A stretch of DNA of 62,496 bases, filler included, from Globobulimina sp. (lineage: Eukaryota): NCBI GenBank assembly GCA_003354225.1. It is 12 parts of 12 records of this genome, joined end to end, with 100 filler letters (N's around TTAATTAATTAA, not from the genome) between each part and the next. Parts side by side here need not be neighbours in the genome. Positions count along the whole stretch, not along the records: positions 57,391 to 62,496 come from PIVH01000722.1; 11 more parts are not named here. The stretch is one strand, 5' to 3'. This document shows positions 58,242-62,496 of the stretch, piece by piece. Under the pieces are notes generated by a model that was not told the DNA's origin, ran no database searches, and was given only the letters and a program-made list of their open reading frames with translations. Made by a program: the position numbers and the translations under genes. Each line of letters starts with the position of its first letter. The stretch's first letter is position 1.

Positions 58242-61200
58242 ATGAGATTAATCTCAAAGCATTTCTTCTCAACAAAGGAATACAAAGCTTTACAATACAA
58301 TGAGTCAATACAGACATTACAAAATATTCTCAATTCACCATCATTGCAATATGATATCAATTCTGTTGAGTCTGCATTCAAAATATACAAAATGATTGAT
58401 TTAAAAAAAGATAAAGCACAAAATGTCGCTGATATTATCAATATTGTATTAAAGATTATAATGCGTTCACATCAGTATGACAAAGCTCTTATTATTTGGA
58501 ATGATATAAATAAATCAAAACTGAATAACATTTCATATCAATTGCTATTCCAATGTTTTCTAAAGATACAATCAAATAAAAGCAACATAACTAATGCTTG
58601 CATCGACATGTTGCAATGCATGGAAAATGGAAAAAATATAAATGATGATTCAAATGATGTTATTAAACTTTTATCAAAATGTAACGATAAAAAACAAATG
58701 AATTTGGTTTTAAATGCGTTGGATAAAGATATGGATAAAAACATACTGAATGACATTATGAAAGCTTTAATCAATGGCAAAAAATATAAATCAGCGTTGC
58801 TATTTTATGATTGTATCAGTTTAAATGATAACAATTATCATAAATTGACACTATCAGCACTCAAAGCATGCATTCACACAAATAATGCGCAAAAAGGCAA
58901 AGATATTTTCAATCAAATCCAAGCATATCATAGCATTCAAAGCATTGAACTACAAAACGCATTCATAGCATTTTATAATCACTTTGCGGACATTAATGGA
59001 GCAATAAATGTTTTTAATTCGATTGAAAATGATAAAAGAAACATTGTGACTTTAAATGCAATGATGACTGCATTTATTCACCATGCAAATTATCAGAAAG
59101 TAATTGATTTATATGACGATAATGCAATAAATTGCAAACGCAATGATATATCACATATTTTGGCAGTGAAATCATGTTTGGATTTAAATAATTTTGAAAA
59201 AGGCAAACTTATTCAAGAAAATATCAATATGATAAATAATATTCGACTTCAAAATACTTTCATCCATTTTTATGGCCATTTTAATGATATTGAGTCTGCA
59301 GTAAATATTTTTAGTTCCATTGCAGACAAAAATAAAACAAATGTTACTGTTGGCACAATGATGAAAATATATTTAGATAACAAAGAGTTTAAAAAAGTGC
59401 TAGATTTGCATGATAAATATGAATATTTACATAATGAGATATCACATACATTTGCATTGAAAGCATGTGTTAATACTGGCGATGTTTTGCGAGGAAAAGA
59501 GATCCATTGTACTATTAAATCAACAAACAAATATGTATCAAATGTATTTGTCCAAACAGCACTGATTGATTTTTATGGTGAATTTGGCGAAATAGAAATG
59601 GCTAAACATATATTTTCAAACATTACCGAAGCAAATAAAAATAATGTTTGCATTGGGGCTATGATGAAGGTATTAAAAAACAATGATTTAAATCAGCAAA
59701 CATTAGCTTTATACAAGACATATAAAAGTAAATTAACATTAGATGATATTTGTGATATGTTTGCTATCAAAGCATGTTTGAAAATGAATGATTTTGAAAA
59801 TGGACAATGTATCATAAACAAATTAAACCTGCAAAATATTAACAATCAACTTAAGAACACACTCATTGGTTTTTATGGACATTTTAAGCGAATATCATCG
59901 AGTTTTGACATATTTGATGGGATATTAAATGCAGATTCAATCGGCGCAGATACTGTTAATTCAATGATGACTGCCTATATTTCTAATGATGATAACGAGA
60001 AAGCAATGAATTTATATAAATATTATGCAAATCCTGACATTAATTTAGTTGACATTATATCTCATATTATTGCAATAAAATTGTGTATTAAAATGAATGA
60101 TATTGAAATGGGTCAAAATATTGTCAGTAAATGTGATGTAAATAAAGAATTGAAAAAGCATAAAAATGAATTTATAAACAGTATTATCGATTTTTATGCA
60201 TATTTTGGTGATATAAAAAGTGCCCAAAATATATTCAATGCAAAGAAGAATAAAGACAGTGTTTCAATCAATTGTATGATGACAAATTATATAAATAATG
60301 GGTATTTTGCCGAAGCATTAGACATTTATGATAATTGTACGTATAAATCATTACTAAATGAAATATCTCATGTGTTGGCAATAAAAGCACATACAATGTT
60401 AAAGGATGTTAATAAAGGAAAAGAAATATATTCTTTTTATTTGCAAAACACAAAAAACAATGAGATAAAACATGCTGTGATGGATTTTTACGCAGAAAAT
60501 GATACTGAAATTGACCATATATTAAATATTTTTAATTCAATGGATGGTGACTCCGTTGATATTGTTCCAATCAATATTTTAATGAAAGCATTTATTTCTC
60601 ACAATTTAAATCATGATGCTTTACAATTATATAAAAAACATAAAAATAAACTGAATGATATATCTCATGTTGAAGCCATAAAATCATGCACAAATTGTAA
60701 AAATGCAGATTTTATGAATGAAATAATTCTCTCCAATATACAAAATAATAAAAATATTAAAGTTTTAACCGCATTGATTAATTTTTATGGTGAAATAAAT
60801 GAAATTGGAACTGCATTAAAAATATTTAATTCGATTGTTGACTCAAAAAATGGAGATTTAAATATCATAACACTTAATACAATGATGCAATGTTGTTTTG
60901 ATAATGAAATGTATCTAAAATGTATTGAGTTGTTTAATATTTATGTTTTGAAAGGCATTGTTTCAGCAAATATTCAGTCGCATTCAATATTATTTAAAGC
61001 CTGCGCACAGTCAACGTGTTATCACGTTGGTACGCAAATACATAAAATGTTAGAAACCGATGTGAATTTAAAATATATTTTGAATGAAACAGAAATTGAA
61101 ATAAATTTGATTAATATGTACGGAAAGTGTGCGATGCTAAATAAATGTGAAGAGATATTTGAAAATATTAAAATAAAACAATATGACAAATATTGCACAG

Positions 61201-61664
61201 AAATGGAACTATGGAATTGTATGATAAATGCATTTGGCCGCAATGGAAATTATAGTGAATCAAAGAAATATTTTGATGAAATGAAATCTGACAAAATTGG
61301 TTTAATTCCAGACAGAAAAATATATATTTCGCTGCTCAATGCGTGTAACCATTGCGGTCATATTAACGAAGCAAAGAAAATTTGGCAAACTGAAATTTGT
61401 AATAATGAGGAATTAAAAAATGATGCTTTTATTGTTACGACGTTGGTTGATTGTTTTGCAAGAAATGGCGATTTGAATACAGCAAAAACACTTTTATTTG
61501 AATATGAAAATAAGAAAGAAAATAAATCGCATGAAAGTATGTGGTTGGTATTATTGAGTGGATGTAAAAAGTTTAGCAATGATGATGTTAGTAATAAGAC
61601 TGCAATACAAGACATTTATAATCAATTTAACATTACTTTTGGTCAAAATAAACAAAACAGTTAA
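58242..61664 (+). CDS. Large pentatricopeptide repeat protein with PLS-like triplets and E1-like end; no DYW domain
   Basis: About 8 ~100-aa triplets (e.g. QTALIDFYGEFGEIEMAKHIF / NNVCIGAMMK / ISHTFALKAC..GKEIH); ends LINMYGKC, LWNCMINAFGRNG, YISLLNACNHCG, TLVDCFARNG, MWLVLLSGC; basic N-terminus. Confidence 0.9.
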   Translation: MRLISKHFFSTKEYKALQYNESIQTLQNILNSPSLQYDINSVESAFKIYKMIDLKKDKAQNVADIINIVLKIIMRSHQYDKALIIWNDINKSKLNNISYQLLFQCFLKIQSNKSNITNACIDMLQCMENGKNINDDSNDVIKLLSKCNDKKQMNLVLNALDKDMDKNILNDIMKALINGKKYKSALLFYDCISLNDNNYHKLTLSALKACIHTNNAQKGKDIFNQIQAYHSIQSIELQNAFIAFYNHFADINGAINVFNSIENDKRNIVTLNAMMTAFIHHANYQKVIDLYDDNAINCKRNDISHILAVKSCLDLNNFEKGKLIQENINMINNIRLQNTFIHFYGHFNDIESAVNIFSSIADKNKTNVTVGTMMKIYLDNKEFKKVLDLHDKYEYLHNEISHTFALKACVNTGDVLRGKEIHCTIKSTNKYVSNVFVQTALIDFYGEFGEIEMAKHIFSNITEANKNNVCIGAMMKVLKNNDLNQQTLALYKTYKSKLTLDDICDMFAIKACLKMNDFENGQCIINKLNLQNINNQLKNTLIGFYGHFKRISSSFDIFDGILNADSIGADTVNSMMTAYISNDDNEKAMNLYKYYANPDINLVDIISHIIAIKLCIKMNDIEMGQNIVSKCDVNKELKKHKNEFINSIIDFYAYFGDIKSAQNIFNAKKNKDSVSINCMMTNYINNGYFAEALDIYDNCTYKSLLNEISHVLAIKAHTMLKDVNKGKEIYSFYLQNTKNNEIKHAVMDFYAENDTEIDHILNIFNSMDGDSVDIVPINILMKAFISHNLNHDALQLYKKHKNKLNDISHVEAIKSCTNCKNADFMNEIILSNIQNNKNIKVLTALINFYGEINEIGTALKIFNSIVDSKNGDLNIITLNTMMQCCFDNEMYLKCIELFNIYVLKGIVSANIQSHSILFKACAQSTCYHVGTQIHKMLETDVNLKYILNETEIEINLINMYGKCAMLNKCEEIFENIKIKQYDKYCTEMELWNCMINAFGRNGNYSESKKYFDEMKSDKIGLIPDRKIYISLLNACNHCGHINEAKKIWQTEICNNEELKNDAFIVTTLVDCFARNGDLNTAKTLLFEYENKKENKSHESMWLVLLSGCKKFSNDDVSNKTAIQDIYNQFNITFGQNKQNS

Positions 61665-61841
61665 TAATGCAAACTGCGCTGATCCATTGCGCTGATATTA
61701 AATATCACATATTACTTAAAAACGCTTTCATTTTTGTCACATTCTGAACTTGTTGAAAACTTTCCTTGCACAAATATTTGTTGTTAAAAATAATTAATAT
61801 ATACCAAGCTCAATTTGGGAGTCAGAGCTATGTGTCAGATT

Positions 61842-62309
61842 TTAAATAATTAAGAAGAAGCTGTTTTTTTTGTAAATTTTAACATTCTTTGGATATTTGT
61901 TACAACACATTCTATTTAATCTATTATTCCGTTTATATGCAAATTTATTCTTATTCTTATATTTATCAATTTTGATTTTCCCACTTTTCTTCTCTTTATT
62001 AAATATCTTCTCAACTATTAATTCATTTTGTTTTTCAATTCTTTCCATTGCAATTATTGGTTCACCACAATGTTCCTCATCAACATATAAAACACAACTA
62101 TAATTATCTGATATTTGCATCAATTTTTGATAGCAACAAACAGATTTTTCAATATCAAAACGACACAACATTTGAGCCATTTTATGTAAATATTTTATCT
62201 GTTTATCGATCATTCCATTCTCGTTAAACATATCAACCAATTTACTATATACATCAGCTGCTTTGCTGTATTCCTCATTCTTTTCATATGCCACTGCATC
62301 AAAAACCAA
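61842..62309 (-). CDS. Hypothetical protein with TPR/SNAP-like helices (likely last exon)
   Basis: AVAYEKNEEYSKAADVYSKLVDMF..EKSVCCYQK. Confidence 0.45.
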   Translation of the reverse strand: MVFDAVAYEKNEEYSKAADVYSKLVDMFNENGMIDKQIKYLHKMAQMLCRFDIEKSVCCYQKLMQISDNYSCVLYVDEEHCGEPIIAMERIEKQNELIVEKIFNKEKKSGKIKIDKYKNKNKFAYKRNNRLNRMCCNKYPKNVKIYKKNSFFLII

Positions 62310-62496
62310 AAGTTCTGTCGCTATTAAACATTTTTATAATGATTTTGATCCACAAAAACACATTTTCGCATAGGACTTACAGGCAAATTAAGTGTGTCCC
62401 ATAGCACGGTCACCAGATTAGATCATTCAAAATATATGTTATTTTCCGCAGAAATTTCCATTGCAACATATTTTGAATAACATCTAAAATGTATTG

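Noticed and set aside
1-62496. rRNA, tRNA or other structured RNA genes
   Set aside because: None recognised by eye; tRNAscan-SE and Infernal would be needed to exclude them

Overview
This window is not one locus. It is 12 unrelated contigs of about 5.1 kb, sorted by decreasing length (5123 to 5106 nt) and joined by artificial 100-nt spacers (N44-TTAATTAATTAA-N44). Contigs: C1 1-5123, C2 5224-10346, C3 10447-15567, C4 15668-20786, C5 20887-26005, C6 26106-31224, C7 31325-36441, C8 36542-41658, C9 41759-46870, C10 46971-52081, C11 52182-57290, C12 57391-62496. Most of the DNA comes from AT-rich, gene-dense microbial eukaryote(s) using the standard code with short (50-140 nt) GT-AG introns. The gene style suggests Rhizaria/foraminifera, which is an inference only. 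Recognisable genes: MMPL-like transporter, FYVE+TBC RabGAP, NAD(P) transhydrogenase beta, USP4/15-like DUB, FOP/CEP43-like LisH protein, ZNF207/BuGZ, Rab8/Sec4, GT95/96-like glycosyltransferase, ATAD3, degenerate Spg1/Tem1 GTPase, fimbrin-like protein, adenosine deaminase, a SPRY/ZnF/UBA giant E3-like protein and a PLS-type PPR protein. Most unusual: (i) C2, a non-LTR retrotransposon (APE-RT-RNase H) whose three ORFs are chained by two ATGA stop/start overlaps, with a 210-aa very hydrophobic middle ORF; (ii) C9, a virus- or mobile-element-like cassette with a D5/NrS-1-type SF3 helicase, an RS/RGENN-repeat ORF separated from its in-frame continuation by a single TAG, and 22-bp-spaced direct repeats; (iii) C11, a seamless bacterial/eukaryote junction, probably a chimera; (iv) C7, an ORF-less contig carrying 58-bp palindrome+CCAAT tandem repeats. 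All family calls are by eye from motifs; no database searches were run.
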